Shown piece by piece: positions 11,501 to 23,742 of a stretch of 64,000 nucleotides of DNA. The position numbers were made by a program, and so were the translations under genes. This stretch comes from Takakia lepidozioides (lineage: Eukaryota; Plantae; Bryophyta): assembly GCA_030704615.1 (NCBI GenBank), contig CM060731.1:18042001-18106000 (forward strand), read 5' to 3'. The notes beneath the pieces are model-generated. The model had not been told where the DNA came from and ran no database searches. It worked only from the letters and a program-made list of their open reading frames with translations. How positions within the stretch are numbered: position 1 is the stretch's first letter; every line of letters begins with the position of its first letter.

Positions 11501-14500
11501 TTAATTCATTGGAAGTTTTTCGCAATTGAATGCAGAAAAGAAAGCAAAAGGCGGAGAATGAAGTACCACCTTTGGCGGCACTTGCTCCAAGCCGGATGAG
11601 GTTTTTCCGCCAATTCCACCGGCGATGGGTCTTTCGCCGTCTGGTATGTTTTTGTCAACCCCTCCCATAAGTAACCTCGCGCGATCGCCCGCGGTTTCCG
11701 AAGCTGCCACCTTGGGCGACGATATCTTCACTCTCAAGTCGTATTGTTTCTTCATTGTACGCTGTTGTGTGTCGTTGGTTTTGGTATGTGTCACTTCCTC
11801 CGTATTGGACTCACGGATCTACAGAAAATGCGGGTGATTAGACTTCCGTATAAATTTCGATTCATTTACGAGACTATCACATAGCAATAGGTTATTAGTT
11901 CCATTGGTAAAAGATTTTGATATTATATCAAGTTTGTTATAAATTGGGTTTTACAAGTGTCAGGACAGCTCATAATCTTCAATACTCACGTCAACAGAGT
12001 TTTGATCACCGACCAATGCCCTAGAAGCCTGACCATCAACGATGTCTCTAACTTGTTGGCTTAAACGTTGATATGGTGACATCTGTAATGGCATATCCCC
12101 CTCTATAGGACTGAATCCCACCCCTGAGTCTATTTCTGAAATCTCCTTATCGAAGACGTCTCTAGAATCAGCGTTATCTTTTACATTGTCTCCCCCCACT
12201 TCTTCAGTGGAGGAAGACAACACAGTTGTCTCGGGATTATCTCCTTCACCGGTATTTGTCTGGGCCTATGGATGGTGGCTTTCTTTTGGTACTATCCTCC
12301 CTGCTTGTTCAGCTGGTGGATTTCTGCCTTGCTCAATTTTTTCTGTCTCCTCTTGCAAGAAATTGTTGACGGCATCATCGTGTTGGTAGTCGCCCTTGTC
12401 TTCCTCACCTCCCTCATGTTCTTCACTTTTCTCCAACGTTTCGTTTCCGTCACCTTCTTCTTGGTTTTGCTCTGTCTCCAGATTTCTTTGTTCGTCGTCT
12501 TCATCGTCATCGTCGTCGTCATTTCCTTTGCCATTGTGCCTGTGGGTCTCCTCCCCTCCCAATGTGTCATCACCAACCTCGGTTCCGTCCTCATTCTCCG
12601 TGTGGAGGAGTGTGTAGTTAACGGCAATCTTATTCGCACAAAATTTCTTTTTCAGGTCGTGATTTATATCGAGGACTTGGACGTTCCTAGCCTGCAACAG
12701 ATGCGAACCATTGAGTAAATAGAATGAACGTGTGATCGCGCGAGGTTCCAAAGATGTGTGTCGGAAATGGAAATGGAAAAGGAAATTGAATTGGAAATAT
12801 AAATGAAATGCTTACGTGGAGAGTCGATGTTAATATTACGCCTCCAAAAATGTTGACAACCGCCATCCCTTCGCCACAGAACAAGGACGCAATGTAGTCG
12901 CTCGACTCTGCCCGCAATTCGTGTTCATAAGCAGCACAATCTTTCTCGTGTTCCGTGAGCTCAGTGTCCGGAGCCTTAATCACTAGTTTAATGGGGCTAA
13001 ACATCAGCACTCCCTGTAGGTGCTCCACGTGGTTCTCAATCTGGGCAGCTATAGCAGGAGATACGTAATCAATGCACATGAGTGACATTGAAAATGACTT
13101 TGGCCGGCTCATGTAAGGATTGTCGAACTCTCCAGGAAGATACAACCCTGAAGCAGAATATACTTGTCCCGCCCCTCGCCAAACCTTATGTACGAAACCA
13201 GATTGGAAGAGGACCTATGCGTCGAGAAGAAAACAAATGCATTGGGGGCCGGGGCTCAGCTGTTGTTCGAAGAACGCATCGAAAATATTCTTGTAATTTC
13301 TTTGCATGAAAACAGTTGAATCATCGTCACAGACTGTGTTGACGAACACCATTGCCATGTTATTGAAATCCCTCTTTCTCACAATTTTCAACTGTGTTTT
13401 GGCATCCGTGAACCTCCACTTCCCTCCTATGCACTGGTAATGTGACTTGAAGGTATTCTTGAGGTTGCCCATTTCCTTCTCCATGTCTTCAACCCTTTTA
13501 TTACATGAAAGCACGTATTTGATGAAAGCGTCACTCACTTTCTCGGTCTTCATATGCATGTTCACTTTGCTTTTCATGTATTTGGCCCCCAGTTTCGATC
13601 GGAATGTCTCAAACTCCGACTTGTTGAACTTGTACTTTTTCTTCACTTCGAGCCATTGTGCTTTTGTGTATAGCTCTGGATGCTGCTTGCTCCTCGCATC
13701 AAATCCCAATACCACCATGGCATCATCGATGATAAACCGCTTGTCCTTTATTCGATCGATGTAATCGGACAGGCATAGAATCTTGGGGTCTTTTCCTTTG
13801 TAAGGACCACGAACGCAGATCTTCAAGTCCAAAATCTTCTGTGTAACCTTCTTCATTTGAAGGGGGTTCAATCCTTGGAGTTTGCAGACTCCGAAAGATG
13901 ATTCTCATAGAAGCAGAGAAGAATATAGAAGCACGCGCAATCGCGCGAGGTAAACGTTGATGTACTATACCTTTGCAGCCATAATTGTGTGCTGGCCTCC
14001 AATGACGAAGAATTTTGAATTGTTAATATCCTGCTGATGCCTTGTTTCATTGCAGACACCTGGGTTGGCACCTGTTTGTTCCTCGGCGCCAGATAGACGG
14101 GATGTTTCGTATCTAGAACCCGCAACTGGTACAAATGGGCTTTTACTTCATTTTTTTCATTAATATTCAGCGGACGATACACCATGCTTCTTGGAGCAAG
14201 TTCCATCCTTGAGATGTCAATTGAGATTATGTGGTTGAACCCAAAAAGGAACATGTCTTTGTAGTCATTCTGCAGACTTTGATTCATCGCCTCGCACTTC
14301 ACCTTGTCGAAAATGTCGCCAGCTTTTGGCTTCTTGTTGTCATTCATAAATACAATATCGAACTCTTCTTTCTTTTTCTTTTTCCCAGCTAGCTGCTCCT
14401 CCTCATTCTCAGTCTGAGAGGATCCCGCCGTGGACTTCCGTTTCCCTTTATCATTTGTCCCCTTCGCTACCTCATCGTCTCGTTGTTTTCTGTTGATGTT

Positions 14501-16414
14501 TCCCTGCGCATGGAGTACATCTTGGAAAATGCTCCAAGCTCGTACGAATCCCTGAGCAGTCAGGGCTGCACCACCTTCAGGGAAAGTGAATCCCATCTTT
14601 ACAGCTGGTTTCATCATTGCCTTGCGAATGCGATGAGATTCCAGACAAAAGCCAAACGTCTTTTTCGCTCTACCATCCTCCAATATGAAAACCACCATCA
14701 TTGGATTATCCACGTCAGACTCCATCTCAACATCTTTAACGTAGCCATAACTAAGCTCCTTCACCTCCGCTCCAATCTTGAAGAAAAACTTCAGTTGGTG
14801 GTATTCATGGTACCAGGCACTGGGGAGATCCTGTCAAGTTCCACGAAAACTAGGAATAACAGAGGAGTTAAGTCTGCAACACCTGGACATCAACTGGAGA
14901 AAGACAGTGCCAAGACTAATGCCCACTATGGGGAGACATTTGACATCGCAAGGAACAGTAGATCTATGTGATGAAGAATGCTTGCAAAGTATTAGTAGCA
15001 AACATATCGGTCTTCCCAAAATCCAACACCATCTCCTGAAGAGATTTTCTCACCACCACCTTCACTGGTTCGTCATTGGTTGCAGGGATCTCCTCAAAGG
15101 AGGTACACCCACATGATTTATTCCCCACTCGGAGATCGCCTGGTTAGCAGTATACAAAGCTACATGGTCTATACTGAAGTTTGACGATTTGTTGAGATGA
15201 ACTCCCCACATATCTCCTTGCATACGCCAACCAGGCAATCCGCCGATATGTTTGACTGACCACTGAACATGAAACACAACATTATGTTATCTGGATTAGA
15301 TATCTCATGGCATTATTTCAGGATTGAGAGGAAAGGCCGAAGTTTGAAACAAACCATAATGTTACGGATGCCAGGCCAATATACAAATGGGAATCCCCTT
15401 TGGAAGAAATGGAATTGAAAGAAACTAACTTACAATTAAGCTGGAATATGGGACATTCAATTGTGACTGCAATATGGAATAAATGGAATGGAATAAATCA
15501 AAGTCATAATTAAACTGGAAATCTCAAAAGCTGCAGATCATTAAATTGGTTTAAAAAATCGTGAAGAATACTTTATTATTCAACAGTGAAGAATGAAAAC
15601 GGAGACATCGTTGGCGTTTAAATGTACAATCATATATGCCTGCCTAAAACTGAGATGAAGGACTATATCATGGTGATTCAGGTCACCCCCATAAAGTGAT
15701 CCTACTGATTATTGTATGTATTCGATGGAACCACGTCGAGATTCTGAACTGGTTCAAGTACACTCCTGTGAGTCCGTGCAGAATCAATCTATTTCTGATG
15801 ATTCTGAAATGTCGGAACTTACAGTTGACCTAGGTGTGTACTGTGCCAAAAATGAGGCCAATGCAACCGACCCGAGTCTGAGGTGGCTAAAGTATCCTAT
15901 TGGCGAGTATTCTGGGGATCCCGGAGTATACTCTGGCGATGAGGGTGTATACTTTGGGGATGCCGGAGTGTACTCTGGGGTTGAGGGAGTGTACTCTGGT
16001 GATACGGGAGTATACTCCGGAGATCCGGGTGTATAATCTTGGGTATCTGGCGTATACGCGGTACATAGCGTAGAAATCATTTGATTATGCCGATACTTCA
16101 GCTACAGGATCTCTGGAAGACCCTCCAAAGTATTTTTCTAGAAAAGAACTTAAAGCTGCTGACCCGGGAGGAACGTCGCAAACATATCCTATTGGTGAAT
16201 AATTGTCCTAATCGTTTGATTCAGGGGAGTAGGTGTCAGGCTCCTCTGTGGATGGAATTGTAGAAACTGGAGATGATATAACATGAACTCCTTCGGAAGG
16301 TCCCGTCATAATAACCGCAGCTCCGCATTCACCTTGTGAGGAGGGTGAAAGCGTTGCCTTGTTTCCGGTATGTTCCATCTCCTTCTCCTCCCTCATCGAA
16401 CACGAATCCACCAC
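11501..16414 (-). pseudogene. Cluster of orphan, partly spliced and degraded ORFs (acidic/low-complexity; one segment with a ParB-like GGQH motif; one with CTD-like heptads), probably transposon cargo
   Basis: Co-oriented ORFs 13868-14764, 13215-13871, 12687-13145, 12266-12751. FFVIGGQHTIMAAK is followed by a GT donor near 13970. No recognisable host family. Confidence 0.4.
15900..16057 (-). repeat. 21-bp tandem repeat encoding YTPxSPE heptads
   Basis: [52 protein letters not shown]. Confidence 0.85.
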
Positions 16415-16828
16415 ACTGGAAGAATCCTCAAGAACTCGTGCTCAGTTATAGACTGTACAGAAGAAGACACGCGAAGAATGCACGATCGCGCGTATTTGGT
16501 CCACAATTTTCCCTCCAATAACATAAAATCCGATTGTAAGCAACAACGATGTTGCTAAGCATGGCGAACAAAATCCATATACATGACTTTGTTCTTTCAG
16601 TCATATAAGAGTATCTTGACATCTATTATCCCAAGAAAATTCTTCCAAGCTGTAGCAACATCAGAACCACGCGCGATCGCGCGTTATTGAGTTGAGGCAC
16701 AGATGAACTAATTTCATCCCACTGCGAGAAGTCTACCGGAATGACTATTAAAGTACATTGAGAACATTGAGGATTATCCAGCTGGGAGTCGTTTTTATTT
16801 ATATTTAGAATAAGACTAAAACGAAGAA

Positions 16829-18300
16829 GTCAAATTCGAGCTATTGCGCAAGGTTCAATAATTGCATAATCCTTAAAATTGAAAACTATGAGTTTATTGT
16901 CGTACTAATGAATGATTTCTTTGACCCCGTACAGTTTGGTATTAGCTACTGTTCGTTAGTTCTCATGTAGGTGTCGACTTGCACTGAATGAAGCACGCGC
17001 AATCGCACGCGCACCTTTAAACCATTCTTGGACATCACATCTTCACTGTCTAATCTGAAAGAGTGCTCGATATAATCGATGAACAACCTAAACGATGTTG
17101 ACGACAAGTAATATGTCAAACTGCCCTGGACTTTTGGATTGATATTTGGATACTATAGTATACTATTGTGTCCACACTGAACACCTTCGCCCATCATACA
17201 TAAGAGTGACAATGCCACCACATATATAGGAATTATAATACTCTGTGTGCATGGCAAGACATATATCCTCATATGTATCATCTAATCATCTGGGTATCAA
17301 TGGTGTTGTTGTGGTCGATAGAATACAAGTACCAACCAAATGAAGCATGCGCGATCGCGCGTGCTTCTTCAGGGCATTCTTTCGCATCACATCTTCAATT
17401 TCTCATCCAATGCAGTTTATGGAGTCAAATTCGCGCGATTGCGCAAAGATCAATAATTGCATAATCCTTAAAATTGAAAACACTGAGTTTATTGTCCTAC
17501 TAATGAATGATTTCTTCAACCACGTACAGTTTGGTATTAGCTACTGTTCGATAGGGCTTCTGTAGGTGATGACTTGCACTGAATAAATCACGCGCGATCG
17601 CGCGATCGCTCTTTTTAACCATTCTTGGACATCATATCTTTACTGTCTAATCTGAAAGAGTGCTCGACATAATCGATGAACAACCTAAGCGATGTTGACG
17701 ACAAGTAATATTTCAAACTGCCCTGGGCTTTTGGATTGATATTTGGATACTATTGTGTACTATTGTGTCCACACTGAACACCTCCATCCATCATACATAA
17801 GAGTGACCATGTCACCACATACAGGAATTATCACATTCTGTGTACATGGCAAGACAGATAAAGTGCGACGGAAGATTTTAGTTGACATTGTATAATGTGA
17901 ACTAATGTCTTCCGAAACACTTTACAGTTTTGAGTATGCACTCAGACATATCCTCATATGTGTCATCTAATCATCTGGGTATCAATGGTGTTCTTGTTGG
18001 TCGCTAGAATACAATTACCAACCAAATGAAGCACGCGCGATCGCGCGTGCTTCTTCAGGGCATTCTTTCGCATCACATCTTCAATTTCTCATCCAATGCA
18101 GTAAACTACGGAGTCAAATTAGCGTGATTATGCAAGGTTCAATAATTGCATAATCCTTAAAATTGAAAACACTGAGTTTATTGTCCTACTAATGAATGAT
18201 TTCTTCGACCCAGTTTGGTATTAGCTACTGTTCGTTAGTGCTCATGTAGGTGACGACTTTTACTGAATGAAGCACGCGCGATCGTGCGTGCTTCGTTCAG
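16829..18300. repeat. Tandem repeat of a ~600-700-bp unit (about 2.3 copies) carrying CGCGCGATCGCGCG palindromes
   Basis: GTCAAATT...CAATAATTGCATAATCCTTAAAATTGAAAAC recurs at ~16829, ~17422 and ~18111. Confidence 0.9.
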
Positions 18301-19952
18301 ACCATTCCCTTGAGGAAAGTGCTTATTGGCCTCACTCCAAGTCCTAACTAAACCATGTTTCGCAATACTATCACTGAAATAAACACGGGCGATCGCGCGA
18401 GGTTTCTCTACGGCTTACAAAATCACTATGAATCCCTATTTCGAGAGGCACATAATGCAGATCATGGAAATAATGTGCATAACCGAATCGAGCCAAAAAC
18501 ACAGTTTGGTATCCAGAACTGTACATGGTAAAATGAGTTCACACCATAGGCTGCAAAACCTAAACAGTTGCCAGCTATACCTACACACTCCCCCGCACAC
18601 GGTGAATTGCTCAAACCCACACTCACTCCAACTCACGCTCCCTCGATCTCTCACCCTCTCGCTTACTCGATCTCCACCTCTTTGCCTCTCTCGCTCAGTC
18701 GCTCTCTCGCACCTCTTCCTTGAGTCCAAAATTGAACAGGGCTTCCTCGTGTATCAAATGAATGCAAAAGGAGACTCCTTTCTGTCACTCCTTTCGGTCA
18801 CTCCTCCTTATATGCCTTACCACCTGTAATCTCAACCATCGGCGTTATGTCGCATCCTACGGTTTGTGGCCTCAATGCATGGATGAATGAAAGGCGGGAT
18901 GTTTCCCAACGGTTCGCTGAGGACCCCTAAATTTATGCAGGTACAATCAATGATGCGACATGACCCTGGAATTATTGCGGGTTCCCGTGACGGCGCTCAT
19001 CCATGAGGGGAGTTGAATCATCCACTAGGGCAGTCATCTCATCCAGTATACGTCTGTTTCATCCGTGAAAGCTCTTATTTCATCCAATGATAAAATATTT
19101 TTCATAGGTTCAATAATGAGGTGTCGGGACGTGCATCTGGGATTTGATCGGTCTCACGTTTTCTCTACCTACACCTCATCTACGGCCCCACGTTCATTGC
19201 GGCTACTTAATGTCACCATGCCATAGATGGCCATCGGCTCATCACAATGGCCTTAAGAGGCGGCCACTTTCGTCGCCGACTATTCCTTCTCTTGTATCAT
19301 TAATTCAACATTGGATTTTCTGCTTCTCTGGTGCTTTGGATGTTAGATTCCAGATCTCGAATTAGTTAGTTATTCGCATTGGACGCAATAACTTAGGGAC
19401 CCATTAATGTTCGTTGGATTTCAAACTCCTACTTGAATTTATGCGCTGGAGGACACATAATAGCCACTAGATTACACGAAAGAGCATATCCAGGGCGACA
19501 ATTTGTCGATCCATGACACTCCAAACGCACCGCTGTAATGTGAACACGTCGACCTTGTACTGTTTGACAATCTGTATAAGACCCTGCCCTGTGCACACTT
19601 GCCATTTTTTCCCTCTCAATTGCTCTGGCTCGATGATCTTCAGGACTGTCTGTTTTACGTTCATTCTTCCCTTTGTACTCCTGTCAATATTGAGAGCCTC
19701 TCCACATCATCTGGGTTTCTCTTCTGTCTCTCTGCTCCTCTGTTCCCATCCATTGTCTGCAAAGATCTTACATACACACCCGACCGTTTTATGTACTTTG
19801 AATGATCACTCGCACTCCAGCTATTTCGTTCATCCATGTTTCATTTATTCATCCATTTGCTTACTTGTCATCCGAAAGTCGTCTACCATTATTCATCTGT
19901 CCTTCATATTGTTATAGTGTCTTGCGATCCGGTGTCGTTGCCATATCCGCAC

Positions 19953-22471
19953 ATGGATGCGGACTCTTTGGGAGAAGCAATCGGAACACCTGTCGTTTGG
20001 GATGTGGTGCAAATTCAAAAAGATACTGGGACTGACACCAACACCAACAATGAGGTTCCTCGGTTCTCGGAGGTTGAATTGACATCTGCGGCTGATTACC
20101 ATCCAAAATTCAGTGAACAAATTGAATCTGACATGTCAAGGCCGTCTCCGAATAACGATGTTGCTATGGGTAGAGACAGTTGGAGAATTAAATTGTGTAT
20201 TCTCCTTGGAGATGAACAAAGTGCTTTGTACGAGGGAAGAATTCAAGCATGTTATCTTGACGAGGTGATACTTTGTGAAAAAGTTGGAGAACATCACGTC
20301 GGGGTGCTTGTTACAAGGATTTTGAATGGCGGTTCGACCAATCTCATGTGTCTCGTGAACTGGCCATTGACGCAGATTCGGTTGATTGATAGTGGCAGGA
20401 CATTGTCACATGAGCTTCAGAGGTTTATCAATAGCCGGGAACAAACAGATATTGGTCACAACGAGAAAGGTGTGAAAAAAGCAGCATACTGACATTTCAA
20501 CAGACAAAAAAAAATCCCGAAAAAAAACGATTCCAAAAAGATAAACACTCGCCTCTCTCTACAAGCAGTTCGAGAAGTCAGCAGCAAACAATATTGCAAT
20601 TTACAGTGTTGCCAATATTTTCGACTAGAGAAAAACACTTGCTATCCGGACCGCTTATTGGGGATCCTCTTACGACGAACGGAGAGAGCTCGGTTTTGAT
20701 GTTCCCAAAAGACTTCATCGAATCGACGAGGTTTCGACAAAGGCCTACATAACCATTGAGGGCGTTGATGTATGTGAGACAACTTGGTGGACAATTCACG
20801 GAATCGGTCGTTCAACCTACATGGAATACAAAAAACTAAGTAGAGAGGGTGTCGTTACATCGTTGCACGGGAATTCCGGAGTGAAACGACCCCGCGGCGT
20901 CCACAAACTCGTCAAGCTGAAAGAAACTTAATGTCGATTATAAATGGAAATTCCGATCTCATGCCTCATAAGACCCGATGTATTGGAGACGGACGGAGAG
21001 ATACTCTTCGAGTTCTACCACCTGAACTGAACTGGAAAAAAATTCGTGAGGAGTGTAATGAGGTCATTTTTTTTATTTTTTTACCACTTTCCGAATTTTT
21101 CCCAATGTCGAGGTTAGAAAAAGTGGTAGCATGTTTGCCAAATGTACAGACTGTGAGATGCTCAAAGACCTAATCAAAAAGTCGGTCAAACGTAGCGATG
21201 AGTAGGCCTCACACAAGAAAAACACTTGATAAGCACCTCAGGCTTTAAAGAGTCTTGCAGGAGACTCTATCACAGCTGGAGGAATGAGTCAGCTATGATG
21301 TCGTCCGAGTTCCTCTGCATCATTCATGACAAGATGGATCATCGAAAACAACTATTCCAAGGTTGCAGACGACGAACAAGATGGTCTCCAGCTTAGGTCA
21401 GCTTCCAATCTCTCTCAAGTTCTGCAATTTATTCCTCAAATCATTCAAGAGGTGCCAGATTTCAAGGCGTATGTGGACGGTTGCATTCTCGATGGAAAAG
21501 AGGCTTTAGTTGGGCAAACAAAAATGCATGTATTTCGATTCTATGTAGATGAAGATGGTTGGCATGTCATGAAGTTTAAGAAGTTTGCTACTGATTCTGA
21601 GTGGCTCCCCAAAAAATGTGCGGTGAAGATGTGGAAGTCGAATCCCGATGGATCTCCAAAGTTGCCTGTAGCAGTACAACCCAGGGCTGTAAAAAAAACA
21701 CCAATTTGGGGAGTGGGAGATGACTCATCCGATAAACAGTCTTTTATCAAAACTGGAATTAAAAAATACAGGGAGTTCTGGAAGAAGGGGATGTTGCTTG
21801 ACGATCATTATCGTGACATCATGATACAGTATGATCAATACTGGGAAGCAATCCTTGCAGAACTTGATCTTCCTATTTATGGAGAATCACAACATTCAAT
21901 CGCGCTTAAAGAGGGTTTTTGGCCCTCAACCAAGTGGGCTATCAACCACCACAGAGCCGGAATCCATACACCTGCAGTGGATGATCTGTCGGAAGAAGAT
22001 GAAGTCATGGAGCCGTATTGTGGCCCTCGGTGTGATAGACCGAAGTAGCCTCTAAATCCGTTCAAGGACATTGAGAACGGATTCTTCGTCTTGGTTCGAC
22101 TAGTAGATACTGTGATGTTTCCACTTTGGATGGGGATGGCAATATCGGATATGGTCCGCGACAGAGGATCCAGGAATTCTAATAAGGTTCACGTCGAATG
22201 GTGGAGACCCAAGAAAGGAGGTAGCCCTTCCGATTTGGACAGGTACAGAGATTGTTGGTCCAAAGTTTGGGAGTTCAATCCAGATGATCCCCCTCAGTGG
22301 ATACACATTAACTCTGTCGTTTGGACAATGCCTACAAGAAAAAACACGACACGTAATAGCTCTAAGAAAATTGCCGCGGTGGAGGCGGAAAAATCACCAG
22401 CAAATTTGGATGAGGCCAATCAACAGTCAGACAATGAAGACAATGCAACCTCGGGCGGAGAACAAGGTTGA
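19953..22471 (+). mobile_element. Degraded, internally deleted DNA-transposase-like gene (CxxC...H...LCIIHDKMD family; superfamily uncertain)
   Basis: Across frameshifts at 21130-21420 it reads FAKCTDCEMLK...KHL...RRLY...EFLCIIHDKMDH.KTTIPRL, then VPDFKAY...HVFRFYVD...MKFK; most of the catalytic core appears deleted. Confidence 0.5.
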
Positions 22472-23149
22472 CAAGGACATATTGTGGAAGTTCGTTCACT
22501 CCTCGACATGTTTTCAAGAATTAAACTAATGTTTACCTCCACTCTCCATTGTGTTATCACGTGTTCAAATATTAATCTACCTTCTTTGCCAGCCATCCAT
22601 TTTTTTCCGAACCTCATCTCTGTAACGTTTCAGGAACCTCGAGTGATTATCCGGAGTTCCTAGTTTTCCTGATGTCACTGCTTCCTTCTCTTTGCAGTTC
22701 CTCTCTCGCATTACACCCATTTCTTTTGGTTCTCTGGTTCTCACCAAAGTGTCTTCTCCTCAACAGATTTGCCCATCTCCTTCATTCTCGGTCCACATGA
22801 TCGTATTGTTAGGCTCAATATGATTGGTTTAAAAAATGTCATGAGTATAAACCGCGTGGCAATTGTGAAAGTTGTTGCTCAATGGACAAGTTTTCTCGCG
22901 GTTTACTGCTTGTGAATCTTTGTGAATCTTCTCCCATTACTCGTCAGTAGCTTTCTGTAAGTCTGGCTTCAAGTACAGAGTTACATTTCTTTTACTGCAT
23001 TTTCGGACTATCTTAAAATTCTTCTCAATTTTCTTCATCACTAATCAGTCCTGAACCTCGCTTTGCCACCCGTTATTCCGTGTCATCTCAGGTCAATTTA
23101 TCTTGGGTCTATTTATCTTATTAGGACCTTCTAAAGACAATACTTCTGG

Positions 23150-23650
23150 GGCCTTCAGTGCTTACATTGTCCTCACCTTAAACCATATACCCTAAACCTA
23201 ATTCGAATGTTTGATGCGCATTCTTCAAGGGTTACAAGGTTGGGCACAATAGAATGGCCCTTGGGATATTTCATTCAAGTCTAATTTCTTAGGTGACAAG
23301 TCACTTGTACACTTTCCCAAATTTTTGGTCCATTGATACCCAATAGTATGTTTACTACACTACTCAACTCCGTACCCTAAAACCTAATTCCAATGTCTGA
23401 TGCCTATTTAATTTATTGCTTCCAGTTTTGGGTGTGGTCGAAGTGGAGGGGATATTTCCTGAATTGTTGTACGACCTCCACGTAAAGACTCATATTCCAT
23501 AGTTGTTTGTCCATTTATAGTTCTCTAAACCCTAAACCCTAAGCCCTTAAACGTAACTCCATTGTTTGATGCGCATTCTTCATAGATTAGATACAATCTA
23601 TGGTTGGGAAATTTTATTCCCTAAACCCTAAATCAGAGGTGACAAGTCAG
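23150..23650. repeat. AT-rich dispersed repeat with AAACCCT-like motifs; related copy at ~37330-37810
   Basis: Shared CCCTAAA(A)CCTAATT..AATGT.TGATGC blocks in both regions. Confidence 0.7.
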
Positions 23651-23742
23651 TGCTGGAAGAATGCGAGCGTTTGTTGAAGCTCGCAAAGTACAACATTGCC
23701 AAAACTAGGAAACGGTATGAATGGCAAGCGTAACCTTGAGTC

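Noticed and set aside
15784-16080. RPB1 (NRPB1) gene
   Set aside because: Few non-consensus heptads and no polymerase domains nearby.
23525-23545. Interstitial telomere (AAACCCT)n, also near 37600
   Set aside because: Only 2-3 units, embedded in a dispersed repeat family.
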